The notes under the pieces: generated by a model
Database searches by the model: none
Told to the model about the DNA's origin: nothing
What the model saw: the letters and a program-made list of their open reading frames with translations, nothing else
Made by a program: the position numbers and the translations under genes
Assembly: GCF_032444005.1 (NCBI RefSeq)
Contig: NC_091289.1
Location: 20,336,001-20,400,000, forward strand
Direction of reading: 5' to 3'
DNA length: 64,000 bases
DNA from: Ranitomeya imitator
Lineage: Eukaryota
Part shown: in pieces, positions 50,747 to 63,826 of the stretch
Layout of the letters: every line of letters starts with the position of its first letter
Numbering within the stretch: the first letter of the stretch is position 1

Positions 50747-51070
50747 TTAATTGACTCTTGCCAATGCTGTTACACACACTGGGAGTTCTAGATTTACTGG
50801 TATTTAGGAGGTGTAATACGGTGGACCTGTAGGCACCGTGTGTGCGGCCATAATGCAGATCGCCTCCTAGAACTGCTGTATTCTCCACTAGGAGCATCAG
50901 ATATTTCCATAATGTTGTTTCCCCTTATTGTAAAATCTTATGGAAGCGCAGTATGAGGTTGTCTCATTATAGTTCGGTTCCAAATCCATCAGCTTGCTTT
51001 AGGTAAAAATAATGAAAAAAAATCTTCTCTGACTCTTCACAGCTGCTCTCTGGCATTTGTCGATGGGCTA

Positions 51071-51533
51071 CAGCGGTCGTGCGATGCCGGCGGGCTGCGG
51101 CGGTCGTGCGATGCCGGCGGGCTGCGGCGGTCGTGTCATGCCGGCGGGCTGCTGCGGTCGTGTGATGCCGACGGGCTGCGGCGGTCGTGTCATGCCGGCG
51201 GGCTGCGGCGGTCATGTCATGCCGGCGGGCTGCAGCGGTCGTGTGATGCCGACGGGCTGCGGCGGTCATGTCATGCCGGCGGGCTGCAGCGGTCGTGTCA
51301 TGCCGGCGGGCTGCAGCGGTCGTGTGATGCCGACGGGCTGCGGCGGTCGTGTCATGCCGGCGGGCTGCAGCGGTCGTGTGATGCCGACGGGCTGCGGCGG
51401 TCGTGTGATGCCGACGGGCTGCAGCGGTCGTGTGATGCCGGCGGGCTGCAGCGGTCGTGTGATGCCGGCGGGCTGCGGCGGTCGTGTGATGCCGACGGGC
51501 TGCGGCGGTCGTGTCATGCCGGCGGGCTGCAGC
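51071..51533 (+). repeat. 27-bp CpG-rich minisatellite (about 17 units)
   Basis: Unit gccg(g/a)cgggctgc(g/a)gcggtcgtgt(g/c)at. Confidence 0.93.
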
Positions 51534-52128
51534 AGTTACGTCATGCCAACAGCGTACATGACTTCGGTATTCAATCACTGGATACATCAGCATCTCGCTG
51601 TGCTCAGTGTAGTAATGAGGTGACCGCTGCAGTCCATCGACAAAGATCAGCAGCAGCAGAGAGGCATCTGCCGATTCTATTATTTTTACCTAGAACCAGC
51701 TGATGGAGTTAAAGCTGAATTCTTCTTTAGAGATTATTGATTCACAGATTCACTTCAGTATTTCGTGGCGACCAGTAGGGAGCCCTTCAAACCACCTCCT
51801 ACCTGCTGGGATCCCCGACGCCCCTTCTCATTTGTAGGTCCAATGCGATGCGTTCCTTGTTACATTGCACCTGGTGCTGGAGATTCTAGGGCAGGGAGGA
51901 GGCGATTTGCTGTTGTCAGACACCACGCATTACTGGCTTGGCCGCTTGAACAGTTCCCTGTGACTAGTATTATTCGTGCAAGGACACTTAAAGGGATATT
52001 CCCATTTTGGTAAGTGATGCCAGGTTGCCTGGATATGCCATATTATCAATTTCTGGGACTCGCATTGATTTCTAAAATAAAGAGCTTTCAGCACTGTGTC
52101 CCGTTCACATTTTTTACCTGCTCGGCGG

Positions 52129-52365
52129 TAATGATGAACGAACGTGCTCAGATAAGGTGTTAACCGGTCAGTTGCTGACAGTGTCTTTAGAGTGCTCAAA
52201 AAATATGTTCAAGTCTCTCTGCTGTTCGACAGCCACAAACACATGCAGGGATTGACTGTTTGTTAGGCGATCCCTGCATGTGTTACTTGAGCACTCCGAA
52301 GACCCTCGGTTAGCATCCGAGCATGCTCATATAACACCTTTTCCCAGCACGTTCACTCATCACTA
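52129..52365. mobile_element. hAT-like MITE (TAGTGATGAGCG family)
   Basis: Degenerate TIRs taatgatgaacgaacg / cgttcactcatcacta. The 8-bp flanks match at 6/8. Confidence 0.65.
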
Positions 52366-54340
52366 GTCAGCGGTGCTGCCAGCTACAGTGCTGAGTGCAC
52401 TTGTCCCTATTCACATGGCTGTGCAGAGGAAGAAAGTGGAGGCGGCGGCCCTATGGTTCCTTAATCCTTGGAAGGCATGTTGGGCCCCATAGATAAGACC
52501 TTATTGGTCCTTTAAGTCCTGGCATATCCTAGCAGTTTACCATCACTTCCTGAGAGATAGCCCCTTATATACCGATGTATTATTACAGATCCATGTGCAC
52601 ATATCGGTACAGAGCTTATTAGGGGAAGACATCTGTACAGTTTATTTTTTGTTAGGTTGTCGCTTTTAGTATTTTTATTTCACATTTTCCCTTTTACTTC
52701 TTTCATCGCTGAGGAGTAGAATATGATTGAACCTGCATGTGAATTCTGTGTCCTTTCCCTCTTCTCAATATCTGAGCAGACATTTATATAAACGAGTAAG
52801 TCTGTACCCTAACCTTCTGGCAAGTAGTGATTGTTCATTAGGAAAGTAAAAGTGTGGGTGCGGATCTGGAAAAAAAAAAGAAAACCCACAATTACATCTG
52901 GATGTGTTAATTTGCGTTGTAATGGGTCAAGTCCACTGTGACAGTCCGCAGAGGAAATCGGCATGCCGGGGATGTAAAATCCCAATTTTAGTGGCAGCTG
53001 ATACTGTCTATCACAGTGGATTTTTCTGCCTGCAAATCCACTGCGTAACCGACCAGTGTGATCTCGCCATCTTAAAAATGATGTCATGTGACTAGCATAT
53101 GAAATCTTGTTATAATCAGCGTGGGGGTCACTTCTTTCAGCGTTTTTTTCACCCATAGAAAGCAATGAGTATGTGCTAAAATGCAGAAAAAAAACGCAGG
53201 TATCAGGTGTAGAAAACTCCGGAAGTTGCATCAAGGTTTTTTTTTGGGGGGGGACTCTAAACTTTATCAGCATGCACAAAAGACACATGTACCTGAAAAA
53301 AAAAATTACCAATTTCCAGTAGGTTGGCGTTACGTGGAAGCATAGTCTGGTCCTGGCAGTGATGTTGCCACCTGTTTTATTGCAGCTTCGCCAATAAATC
53401 GTTTGGCATGACCACCCATCCACAAGAGAGCAACGAAATAAATGCTTGCTGAGACCCCCACGATTTTGAGGGTCCTGTGACCCTGCTTGACTGTGGTTCT
53501 TAAGGACCTAGAGGTCTTTTTGTCACTCCTTTACATAATGAGTGAAGCAGTATTGAGCATGTGGGACCACCCCTCCATTTTGATGGGGGCACAGGGCTAT
53601 CGTGATTGTTGATGGTTCCAAGATCATAGATTTATTACTAGAGCATGGAAAAATGATTTGTAAGACCAGCGTCTCTTCTGATTAGTAGGTCGGGTGCGAC
53701 GCCACCGTTGCAATGCATTCATGATATTAGAAGAGGCGCTGGGGATGCCGGCAAATTGGAGGAGATTCATCGGGGTCTCTGGTTCAGTAGTCATGAATTT
53801 TCAATGTGGCCTCTGAATCGGGGTCCTGTGATTCCTTTTTCAGCCCTATCACCTGTCCTATTAAAGGGGCTCTCGCAATCGAGCACTTTATTATCTGTCC
53901 AGAGCTGGAACACCCACTGATCCCGAAAATGGAGCAATATGTGCTACCTTTTCTTTGGTTGTCTATGGCTCTGCCAGGGCTTGGCTGTCATTATTAGTGC
54001 CATAGACAATGAGTGGAGTGGTAGTAGACATGCTCAACATCTCCAATAATCTGCCGAGCCTCATAGTCGGGACCGGTGGGGTCCCAGCGGCGGATGGATG
54101 ATGAATATTGCTAGAAGCCGTTTATGCCAATCACTGTATCACCAATACGTTCCTGTCTTTCCCTCCTAAGGCTTCCCGCTCACTATTACCCAGTGGTGGG
54201 TAGGTGGGCTCCTCGGCCGTCATACCCCCAGGACTCCTGCATGCGGTGCTTGTCGTTGTCGCAGCCTGACAAGTTCTAATGTAACGTTCATGTCCGTGTA
54301 GCATCGATGTCGGTGGAATAACGCACTGTGTTCTATGCAG

Positions 54341-54461
54341 AATGGCTGTGGATGTTGGGTGTGGGGACACTGGAGACTGGGAAGGTCGCTGGAACCATGT
54401 TAAGAAGTTCCTCGAGCGATCGGGACCTTTCACACACCCCGAGTTCGAACCAAGCAACGAA
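54341..54461 (+). CDS. UBA3: UBA3 exon 3 (121 nt)
   Basis: cag|A, then [40 protein letters not shown], then |gtgaga. Confidence 0.96.
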
Positions 54462-54950
54462 GTGAGAACCCCCACATTTACATTCATGTATTTGTATCTT
54501 GCAAATGACGTAAAGTAAGACTTTATTGCCTTGTGATGAGTTCTGTTCTCGGATAATATCCAGCATTAGCAATGCAAAACTGGCGGCCGGAGGGTAACGT
54601 CACCGGCTGCTCATAGTGAGGTTATTCTGCGGAAACGAGACACTTCTCAAATTTATATATTTATCCAATGCATTAAAAATGAATGAAACTTTGCAAAAAT
54701 AATAATGTTTAAAATGTTTTGTGGAGAGGTTTACGATAATATCCACGCATTGGTATAAGAAACCTGACCAGCTCCATAATGAAAGTGGCGTGTGGCCGGA
54801 CCCTGTTTTTGAGACAGTGGCAGGTCCCATTGGTGGGTCTAGTATCTGCCATACCCTGTGAATATACCATAAATGTGTGGCATGGGAATACACGTAATAC
54901 TTGCCGAGTTAGATGATTTGAACATAAAGGGTTTTCCCACTGTTGAGGTG

Positions 54951-55252
54951 TAGTGATGAGCAAGCGTGCTGGGATGAGGTGTTATCTGAGCATGCTCGGG
55001 TGCGAACCGATTGACTTCAGCATGCTTGAACACTATGATCGAGTCCCCGCAGCTGCATGTCTCACAACTGTTCAACAGCAGCAACACATGCAGGGATTTC
55101 CTGTTTGTTCGGCAATCCCTGCATGTGCTGTTGTGTCTGTGAACAGCAGCGAGATATGCAGCCACAGGGACTCAAACATGTTATTCGAGCACTCTGTTAG
55201 CACCTGAGCATGCTCAGATGACACCTTTTCCGAGCATTCTTGCTCATCGCTA
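54951..55252. mobile_element. hAT-like MITE (TAGTGATGAGCG family)
   Basis: tagtgatgagcaag ... cttgctcatcgcta. TSD not recognisable. Confidence 0.6.
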
Positions 55253-55319
55253 ATAGTGTCTAATTTCTTCTTATGTCTTTTCATATTATTTTTGCACTAA
55301 TCTGTTTCTCTCTTTCCAG

Positions 55320-55400
55320 TCTCTGCAGTTTCTCTTAGAAACCTGTAAAATACTGGTTGTTGGAGCTGGGGGATTGGGGTGTGAACTCCTCAAAAATCTG
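55320..55400 (+). CDS. UBA3: UBA3 exon 4 (81 nt)
   Basis: [27 protein letters not shown] with the GxGxxG ATP-binding motif. Canonical ag/gt sites. Confidence 0.96.
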
Positions 55401-56354
55401 GTAATTTATTTTCTGTTCTTTGCGTCCATTAAGTGAACGTATCGGTAGCTTTATGAAATCTAGGCAGGCGCTCTCATTACACAGGGATGTCTCAACCTGA
55501 AGCTCTGCAGCGGCTCTGGGTTTGCTCACAACACGAATCGGGCACAGGGAGAGGACTCCAAAGGGGGCAACTCCGACTCTGCTCCCTCCACACCAAGGGA
55601 AGAGTCAGAGGGCCGAATAACTCGGACAAGGATCGCAACGCAATGCTCGGACTGACCGAGCGTCACAGCTGCACAGAAATGCACGCTGCCACACTCTGGT
55701 CCGGGGAGCTGACGGCCAGTCTGAGCCTTGCGTAGCATCCTCGTCCGAGCCTGTATTACGCACAAACCCTATGCTAATAGGACCAGGACATGTCCTGACC
55801 GACACCTGCCGTGGTACCGTCATCTGTGCCACTGACCTGCTGATGTAGGAGTGATCGGCGTCAGTACAGGGGGTTTCTCATCATAAATGAGTTAAATTAC
55901 AAATGGTTTGTAAAAACAAGCAACTTTTCAATTTACCGCTTATGAAAGTTCTGTTCCTGAGGGATTATTAATTTGATTGTGTGCAGCTCATTGCTTAGGT
56001 TACAAGCCACCGCTGCGGTCTGTCAGAGGTGACCAGTTTCCTAGCCTCAGAGCGCTGCACTTACAGACTCTTTGCTATGGAGCTTTCTAGCCAGATGATT
56101 CCTCTGGGGCTGCAAAGGAAAAGCTATCTCTGTTTGCAGCATCTTAAAGTGCCAAATTCGGGTCACTGGTGCGACAATACCACTGGTCCGGAATCATGCA
56201 GCAACCACCGGGAGACAGAGGAGGCTGTGCTCCTGAAGACCCATCATGAGGCGGAACTATTAAGGCTATGTGGTGTATACCATAGTGTGGCTGGTCGGGC
56301 TCTTACTAGCAAGACTCCTCGCAGATGTTTTCTATGGGAAGACTACATGCATGG

Positions 56355-57135
56355 ATAGGTACTCTATATACATGATTTAGGTCCTCCCTCTATGTGTATG
56401 ATTAGGTACTCCCTCTATGTGTATGATTAGGTACCCCCTTTATCCTGCATGGTTAGATACTTCCTCTACGTGCATTATTAGATACTCCCTCTACGTGTAT
56501 GATTAGGTACCCCCTCTATGTGTATGATTAGGTACCCCCTTTTTCCTGCATGGTTAGATACTCCCTCTAGATGTATGATTAGGTACTCCCTCTACGTGTA
56601 TGATTAGGTACTCCCTCTACGTGTATGATTAGGTACCCCCTTTATCCTGCATGGTTAGATACTCCCTCTACGTGCATTATTAGGTACTCCCTCTACGTGT
56701 ATGATTAGGTACCCCCTTTTTCCTGCATTTTTAGATACTCCCTCTACGTGTATGATTAGGTACCCCCTTTTTCCTGCATGGTTAGATACTCCCTCTACGT
56801 GTATGATTAGGTACCCCCTTTTTCCTGCATGGTTAGATACTCCCTCTACGTGTATGATTAGGTACCCCCTTTTTCCTGCATTGTTAGATACTCCCTCTAC
56901 GTGTATGATTAGGTACCCCCTTTTTCCTGCATTGTTAGATACTCCCTCTACGTGTATGATTAGGTACCCCCTTTTTCCTGCATTGTTAGATACTCCCTCT
57001 ACGTGTATGATTAGGTACCCCCTTTTTCCTGCATTGTTAGATACTCCCTCTACGTGTATGATTAGGTACCCCCTTTTTCCTGCATGGTTAGATACTCCCT
57101 CTACGTGTATGATTAGGTCCTCCCCCTATGTGCAT
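56355..57135 (+). repeat. 51-bp minisatellite built of two about 25-bp subunits
   Basis: Unit atgattaggtaccccctttttcctgcat(g/t)gttagatactccctctacgtgt. Confidence 0.9.
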
Positions 57136-57656
57136 GGCTAGGGTCTCCCTAATGTTATTTGTGAGGACACCACCCCTATTTCTTGCTCTGCCTGCCCCGT
57201 GGCTATGTTTTCCTTAGATCCATCCTATGATGAAGTGCGGTTTGCACCATTTCCTATAACACTATAACGAGGTCAGTAATTCCCACGAGTCGCATTCCCT
57301 CCATCTTACTTCCATACTTTGTGCAAAACGCATCAAGAGCGGCTCCAGGGAATGCGCTTTTCCCACAGCTGCACGTTGCTCCCGTCTGCAGCAGAATCAA
57401 TAGTAGAGTCCATCAGGCTGATGTATTAGGTCATTGGGTTAGTCACCTCATTAAAGATGCAAAAGTCCCGTTTTATTCTCCTATTCTGTGAAATGTGAGT
57501 TAATAGAAGCGTCCCCTCTGCTCGGGACCCTCTACGCCCTGGGCTCATGGTAGCGTCTCTGATTTCCCTGTCCTCGATCACACACACAATGTTCGGATTT
57601 AATGCACAGATTGAAGCCGATGATCTGAACGTAACGGCTTTCTCTTTACTCATCAG

Positions 57657-57739
57657 GCCCTCTCAGGATTTCGACAGATCCACGTCATCGATATGGACAC
57701 CATAGATGTTTCTAATTTAAATAGACAGTTCTTATTCCG
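57657..57739 (+). CDS. UBA3: UBA3 exon 5 (83 nt)
   Basis: [27 protein letters not shown](R) with the E1 SNLNRQFL motif. Donor CG|gtaagt. Confidence 0.96.
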
Positions 57740-57794
57740 GTAAGTGATGTCTCCATTTCCTTTTTCTTATCTTGTACCTGAGTGTGGGGTCTAA

Positions 57795-58246
57795 AGGTAC
57801 CGTTACACTAAACGACTTACCAACGATCACGACCAGCGATACGACCTGGCCGTGATCGTTGGTAAGTCGTTGTGTGGTCGCTGGGGAGCTGTCACACAGA
57901 CAGCTCTCTCCAGCGACCAACGATCCGGGGAAAGACTTCGGCATCGTTAAAACTGTCTTCAACGATGCTGAAGTCCCCGGGTAACCAGGGTAAACATCGG
58001 GTTACTAAGCGCAGGGCCGCGCTTAGTAACCCGATATTTACCCTGGTTACCATTGTAAAAGTTAAAAAAAAAAAAAAACACTACATACTCACATTCCGAT
58101 GTCTGTCACGTCCCCCGCCGTCACCTTCCTGCACTGACTGTGTCAGCGCCGGCCGTAAAGCAAATCGTTAGCGGGATCGTTGCTACGTCACAAGAAACGT
58201 GACGTTGCAACGATATCGTTAACGAAATCGTTGTGTGAAGGTACCT
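57795..58246. mobile_element. PIF/Harbinger-type MITE (same family as 6462-7187)
   Basis: AGGTACC...GGTACCT termini, perfect TAA TSD, and a shared internal hairpin module ggtaaccagggtaaa...tttaccctggttacc. Confidence 0.87.
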
Positions 58247-58377
58247 TAAGAAGCGTAATCTCTGTAGATAATTCCTAGCGGCCGACTGGGTTGTTATCAC
58301 CTCCTGACATTGTTTAACTGCTCTGTATTGGGGGCTTAGATTTGAGACCCCCACCCTTTCATTAATGGCGTCTTTAA

Positions 58378-59244
58378 CCCCTTTTACGACCTTGGCCACA
58401 TGGGAACGTCTCCCTGCATTTGATGTGGACTCTGGCGTTCATAGATGATGATTTCTGCTGAAGCTCTGCTATGTGTAGCACAAGCATAGGGTGATCGCAG
58501 CATCACGTCTCCTAAGGAGACTATTGAAGCAAGTAAAAATTAATAAATAAATAAAATGTATTAAAAAAAATAAAAAATTAAAGTTCAAATCACTCCCCCC
58601 CCCTTTTTTTGCTCCATTCAAAATAAAACCATAAAAAAGCAAAACATATTTGGTGTTGCTGCGTTCAGAAATGTCCGCTCTATCAAAATATAAAGTAAAT
58701 AATCCAATTTGTAAACGACGTAATGAGAAAGTCACCCCACATTGCAATAACAGGTGATCAAAACATCGTATCCACACCAAAACTGTGTCAGTAAACATGT
58801 CAGCTCGGCGCGCAAAAAATAAGCTCTCACCCAGCCCCAGATCCTGAAAAATGGAGACGCTGCGGGTCTTGGAAAATGGCGCCATTTTTTTCTTTTCTTA
58901 AACTTTGGATTATTTTTTCACCACTTAAAAAAGGATCCTATATATGTGTTTGGTATCTGCGAGCTCGTACTGACCTGGGGAATCATTATGGCAGGACAGT
59001 TTTACCATATTGAACATGGTAAATAAAAAACCAAAACAGTTTTTCCTGTTTTCGATTACGCTACATGATAAAATCAATGGGGTCGTTCAAAAGTACAACT
59101 CCTCGCACACAAAGCAAAAACAAGCCCTCATATGGAGATATTGACAGAAAAATACAAAATGTATAGCTCTGGTAAGAAGGGGGAGCAAAAAACACGAAAA
59201 CGGAAAATTGCAAGGTGGTGGAGCAAGGAGAAAATTGCAAGGAG
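58378..59244. mobile_element. Non-autonomous piggyBac-like element
   Basis: TTAA|cccctt at the left end and aaggag|TTAA at the right end. No ORF. Confidence 0.55.
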
Positions 59245-59341
59245 TTAAGCTCTATTCCACCTTATAATAAAAAGTTCTCAAATACTTGAAGATTCTTTCT
59301 CATCAGGGAATTGATTTGATTTTATTTCTTTTTTTTATATA

Positions 59342-61315
59342 CTGTATATACTCGAGTATAAGCCGAGATTTTCAGCCCAAATTTTTGGGCTGAAAGTGCC
59401 CCCCTCGGCTTATACTCGAGTCACGGTAGCGGTGGGGTCGGCGGGTGAGGGCGCTGAGGTATACTTACCTAGTCCCAGCGATCCTCGCGCTGTCCCTGCC
59501 GTCCCACGGGCTTCGGCGCTGCAGCTTCTTCCTCTCTTCAGCGGTCACGTGGGACTGCTCATTACAGAAATGAATAAGCGGCTCCACCTCCCATAGGGGC
59601 GGAGCCGCCTATTCATTCCTCTAATCAGCGGTGCCGGTGACCGCTGATAGAGAAAGAAGCTGCGGCACCGAAGACAGGAGGGGACAGCGCGAGGATCGCC
59701 AGGACTAGGTAAGTATAGCATATTCACCTGTCCTCGTTCCAGCGGCCGGGCGCCGATCCATCTTCCCGGCCGGCGCCTCCATCTTCCCGGCGTCTGCGCT
59801 CTGACTGATCAGGCAGAGGGCGCGATGACGCATATAGTGTGCGCGGCGCCCTCTGCCTGATCAGTCAGAGCAGAGACGCCGGGAAGATGGAGGCGCCGGA
59901 ACGAGACACCGGGAGCTGCAATCAAGGGAGGTGAGTATGTGTTTTTTTTTCTTTATTGCGGCAGCGGCAGCACAAATTTATGTAGAACATCTATGGGGCA
60001 CAGTGAACGGTGCAGAGCACCGTATAAGGCACAGCACAGCTATGGGGTACAGTGAACGGTGCAGAGCACCGTATAAGGCACAGCACAGCTATGGGGTACA
60101 GTGAACGGTGCAGAGCACCGTATATGGCACAGCACAGCTATGGGGCACAGTGAACGGTGCAGAGCACCGTATATGGCACAGCACAGCTATGGGGCACAGT
60201 GAACGGTGCAGAGCACCGTATATGGCACAGCACAGCTATGGGGCACAGTGAACGGTGCAGAGCACTGTATATGGCACAGCACAGCTATGGGGCACAGTGA
60301 ACGGTGCAGAGCTATGTATGGGGCACAGTGAACGGTGCAGAGCACCGTATATGGCACAGCACAGCTATGGGGCACAGTGAACGGTGCAGAGCACCGTATA
60401 TGGCACAGCTATGGGGCACAGTGAACGGTGCAGAGCACCGTATATGGCACAGCACAGCTATGGGGCACAGTGAACGGTGCAGAGCACCGTATATGGCACA
60501 GCACAGCTATGGGGCACAGTGAACGGTGCAGAGCACCGTATATGGCACAGCTATGTATGGGGCACAGTGAACGGTGCAGAGCACCGTATATGGCACAGCA
60601 CAGATATGGGGCACAGTGAACGGTGCAGAGCACCTTATATGGCACAGCTATGGGGCACAGTGAACGGTGCAGAGCACCGTATATGGCACAGCACAGCTAT
60701 GGGGCACAGTGAACGGTGCAGAGCACCGTATATGGCACAGCTATGGGGCACAGTGAACGGTGCAGAGCACCGTATATGGCACAGCACAGCTATGGGGCAC
60801 AGTGAACGGTGCAGAGCACCGTATATGGCACAGCACAGCTATGGGGCACAGTGAACGGTGCAGAGCACCGTATATGGCACAGCTATGTATGGGGCACAGT
60901 GAACGGTGCAGAGCACCTTATATGGCACAGCTATGGGGCACAGTGAACGGTGCAGAGCACCGTATATGGCACAGCACAGCTATGGGGCACAGTGAACGGT
61001 GCAGAGCACCGTATATGGCACATCTATGGGGCACAGTGAACGGTGCAGAGCACCGTATATGGCACAGCTAGGGGGCACAATGAACGGTGCAGAGCACTAT
61101 ATGGTTCACACCTATGGGGAAATATGAACGGTGCAGAGCACTATATGGCACAGCTATGGGGAAATAATGATCTATTTTTATTTTTGAAATTCACCGGTAA
61201 ATGCTGCATTTCCACCCTAGGCTTATACTCGAGTCAATAAGTTTTCCCAGTTTTTTGTGGCAAAATTAGGGGGGTCGGCTTATACTCGGGTCGGCTTATA
61301 CTCGAGTATATACGG
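59342..61315. mobile_element. Non-autonomous Tc2/pogo-like element carrying a tandem array
   Basis: 25-bp TIR c(c/t)gtatatactcgagtataagccga with TA on both flanks. Confidence 0.85.
59992..61160 (+). repeat. 44/49-bp tandem array inside the Tc2-like element
   Basis: Unit tatggggcacagtgaacggtgcagagcaccgtatatggcacag(cacag)c. Confidence 0.92.
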
Positions 61316-63150
61316 TATACTTAAGGAGGATTTTTCGTGTCTTCTCTTCAGCGAACGCTGCTGGAGAGAGGATATGAATGGCGGCTTCAGCACCAGATGC
61401 AGGGGACGGCGCTTATCTCTAGCGCTGTCTCCTGCACGCTCCGTGTGGTACCCAGTCGGCACACGGGCGGCACACGGCTGCTGCACGTGTGCCACATGGA
61501 TGGCCTACGTGAGCTCCTGGACACACGGACACGGATAATTCCGGTACCGATTTTTCCGCTACCGGAATTATCTGGACGTGTGAGACTGGCCTAATGTAGG
61601 AAAAGAGACTCTGAATCCAACGATGTATCACTTAGTTTCCTGGGTGCAGCAGCTGTGACTCAGAGTTCTGAGATGTAACGTAGCAGAACTCAAAGCTGAA
61701 ACACCAGACTCTCTATGTACACTCTTACCAGAGGCCAACTCAATAAGAAAAAATATACATATCCATCTACTCTTATGTTTTGTTCTATAACAAGTTACAA
61801 TATATAATATCTAGCTGTTGAACCTGTTCTATGCTCAGGTCGCGAGCATTTTTATTGGTACATTTCTGGAGCCGTTTTTTAAGACACTGTGTCTGCGAAT
61901 TCACCGTAGTATGTCTTCAATAAAATGGTGCCGGAGATCGCGGTATGGGCATGCGCTGTCTCTGCTGCCATTTTATTGAAGTGATGTACTACAATGTCAA
62001 CATACAGTAGCAGTGCGCAAGCACCAGCCGTAGGAATAATTGTGATTGGCGGTGCATGTGCGTTGTACGTTGTACGTTGTAGTGCATTACTTCAATGGGA
62101 TGGCACTAGGGTCAGCGCATACACATCCCGCACTATCCGACGCCATCTTATTGAAGACACTGTATATGCGAATTCTCCTAACAAACAGGCAATCCCTGCA
62201 TGTGTTGCGGTGGTCAAACAGCCTCGAGACATGCAGCCGCAGGGACTCTAACATATTTTTCGAGCACACCGAAGACATGTCCCCATAAGACCCACTATAA
62301 ATAAATGACACAAACACATTAATCTGGTGGAATAAATTGGCCGTGTGGTTTTATTTTGGTTATAAAGAGCTTTAATAAATAACAATAAATAATCCCAATA
62401 ATTTAAAAGTCCATGTTAAAATTAACCATTAGCCAAGCCCACCCAACAGTAGGTTGACTTTTACCCCACAAATAAAACCAACGACAAGGAACAATGCAAT
62501 TACAAAAGGGAAGGAGGGTGGGCTCTTCTTTCCTGAAGCGACGGCGCAATGACAGTCGCTGACAGGACTCCAGGTATTTATAAACAAATAAAGACCGCCA
62601 AATAACAGCTGGCCAATCAAATTTCATAAAATTCTGAGCGCGCAAAACTAGGAAAAACTGGTTTTAGCCGCTTTACATAAAAATAGCTCCACAAATGTTA
62701 ACCCTTTCCTTGGTGCTAAAAATTCACCACATGAACATATGTGGTCTATGGGGACATGAGACCCCCGCTCTATTCTTTTTGTCTGTGCGGGGGGGCAAAC
62801 ATTCGGTTAGCACCCGAGCATAACACCTTATCCAAGCACATTCGCTCATCACTAGTCTTTAATTTTTAGGTAGTAAATGGTCTCTTTAGGTTAAGATATT
62901 ACAATTGTATGAGAAAGTGTTTGCCCCCTTCCTGATTTCCTATTCTATTGCATGTTTGTCACACTTATATGTTTCAGATCACCAAACAAATTTAAATATT
63001 AGACAAAGATAACACGAGTAATCACAAAATGCAGTTTATAAAGGAAGGTTTTTATTATTAAGGGGAAAAGAAATCCAAACCTACAGGACCCTGCTGCATC
63101 GAGCATGATCATTTTTTGCACCAATTGCAGGTCCCGATAGTTATCATGAC

Positions 63151-63459
63151 TGGTGATGAGCGAGTGTGCTCGTTGCTCGGGTTTTCCCGAGCGTGATCGG
63201 GTGGTCTCGGAGTGTTTGTTAGTGCTCGGAGATTTCGTTTTCGTCGCCTCAGCTGCATGGTTTGCGGCTGCTGGACAGCCTGAATACAGTACATGTGGGG
63301 GTTGCTAGGGAATCCTCACAAGTATTCGGCCTATATAGTAGCCGTGGATCGGGCAGCTGCGTGGACGGGAGCGAGGTCTCCGAGCGCTGACGGGTGCTCC
63401 GAGGCCCCCCCGAGCGTGCTCGGGGAAACCCGAGCAGCGAGTGTAAGCGCTCATCACTA
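63151..63459. mobile_element. hAT-like MITE (TAGTGATGAGCG family)
   Basis: TIR t(g/a)gtgatgagcg. The 8-bp TSD atcatgac/gtcatgac matches at 7/8. Confidence 0.75.
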
Positions 63460-63548
63460 GTCATGACACCTTGAGGACAAATATTAACCTTGGGATAAAG
63501 CCGCACAGCCAGCTCTTCCCTCTCCTAGTGTATCCTCACCCACCCCCT

Positions 63549-63719
63549 GCAGACTGTGAGCCCTCGCGGGCAGGGTCCTCCCTCCTTATGTACTCGTGTG
63601 CCTTGTTATCTGCTCATGTTTAATGTATTTGTCTATATTTGCCCCGTATTCACATGTAAAGCGCCATGGAATAAATGGCGCTATAAAAATGTATAATATT
63701 AATATTATTATTATTATTA
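63549..63719 (+). mobile_element. L2/SINE-type 3' tail fragment
   Basis: gactgtgagccc...tgtaaagcgccatggaataaatggcgctataaaaat...(att)n, similar to the tails at 4925-4978 and 7987-8040. Confidence 0.65.
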
Positions 63720-63745
63720 ATCTATACGTTTATTGTACTTTTCAG

Positions 63746-63826
63746 GCCTAAAGATGTTGGAAGACCAAAAGCCGAGGTGGCGGCTGAATTTATAAACAGC
63801 AGAATACCTGACTGCTGCGTCACTCC
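63746..63826 (+). CDS. UBA3: UBA3 exon 6 (81 nt); gene continues beyond the window
   Basis: cag|G, then [26 protein letters not shown](P), followed by the U12-type donor GTATCCTTT. Confidence 0.95.

Noticed and set aside
50967-51623. Repetitive ORFs (TTAAARRHH / MPAGCGGRV)
   Set aside because: 27-bp in-frame minisatellite within UBA3 intron 2.
62330-62710. LTR-like segment (ATTGG, TATAAA and AATAAA on the minus strand)
   Set aside because: No TG...CA termini or TSD found. It appears to be inside a hAT-like element.
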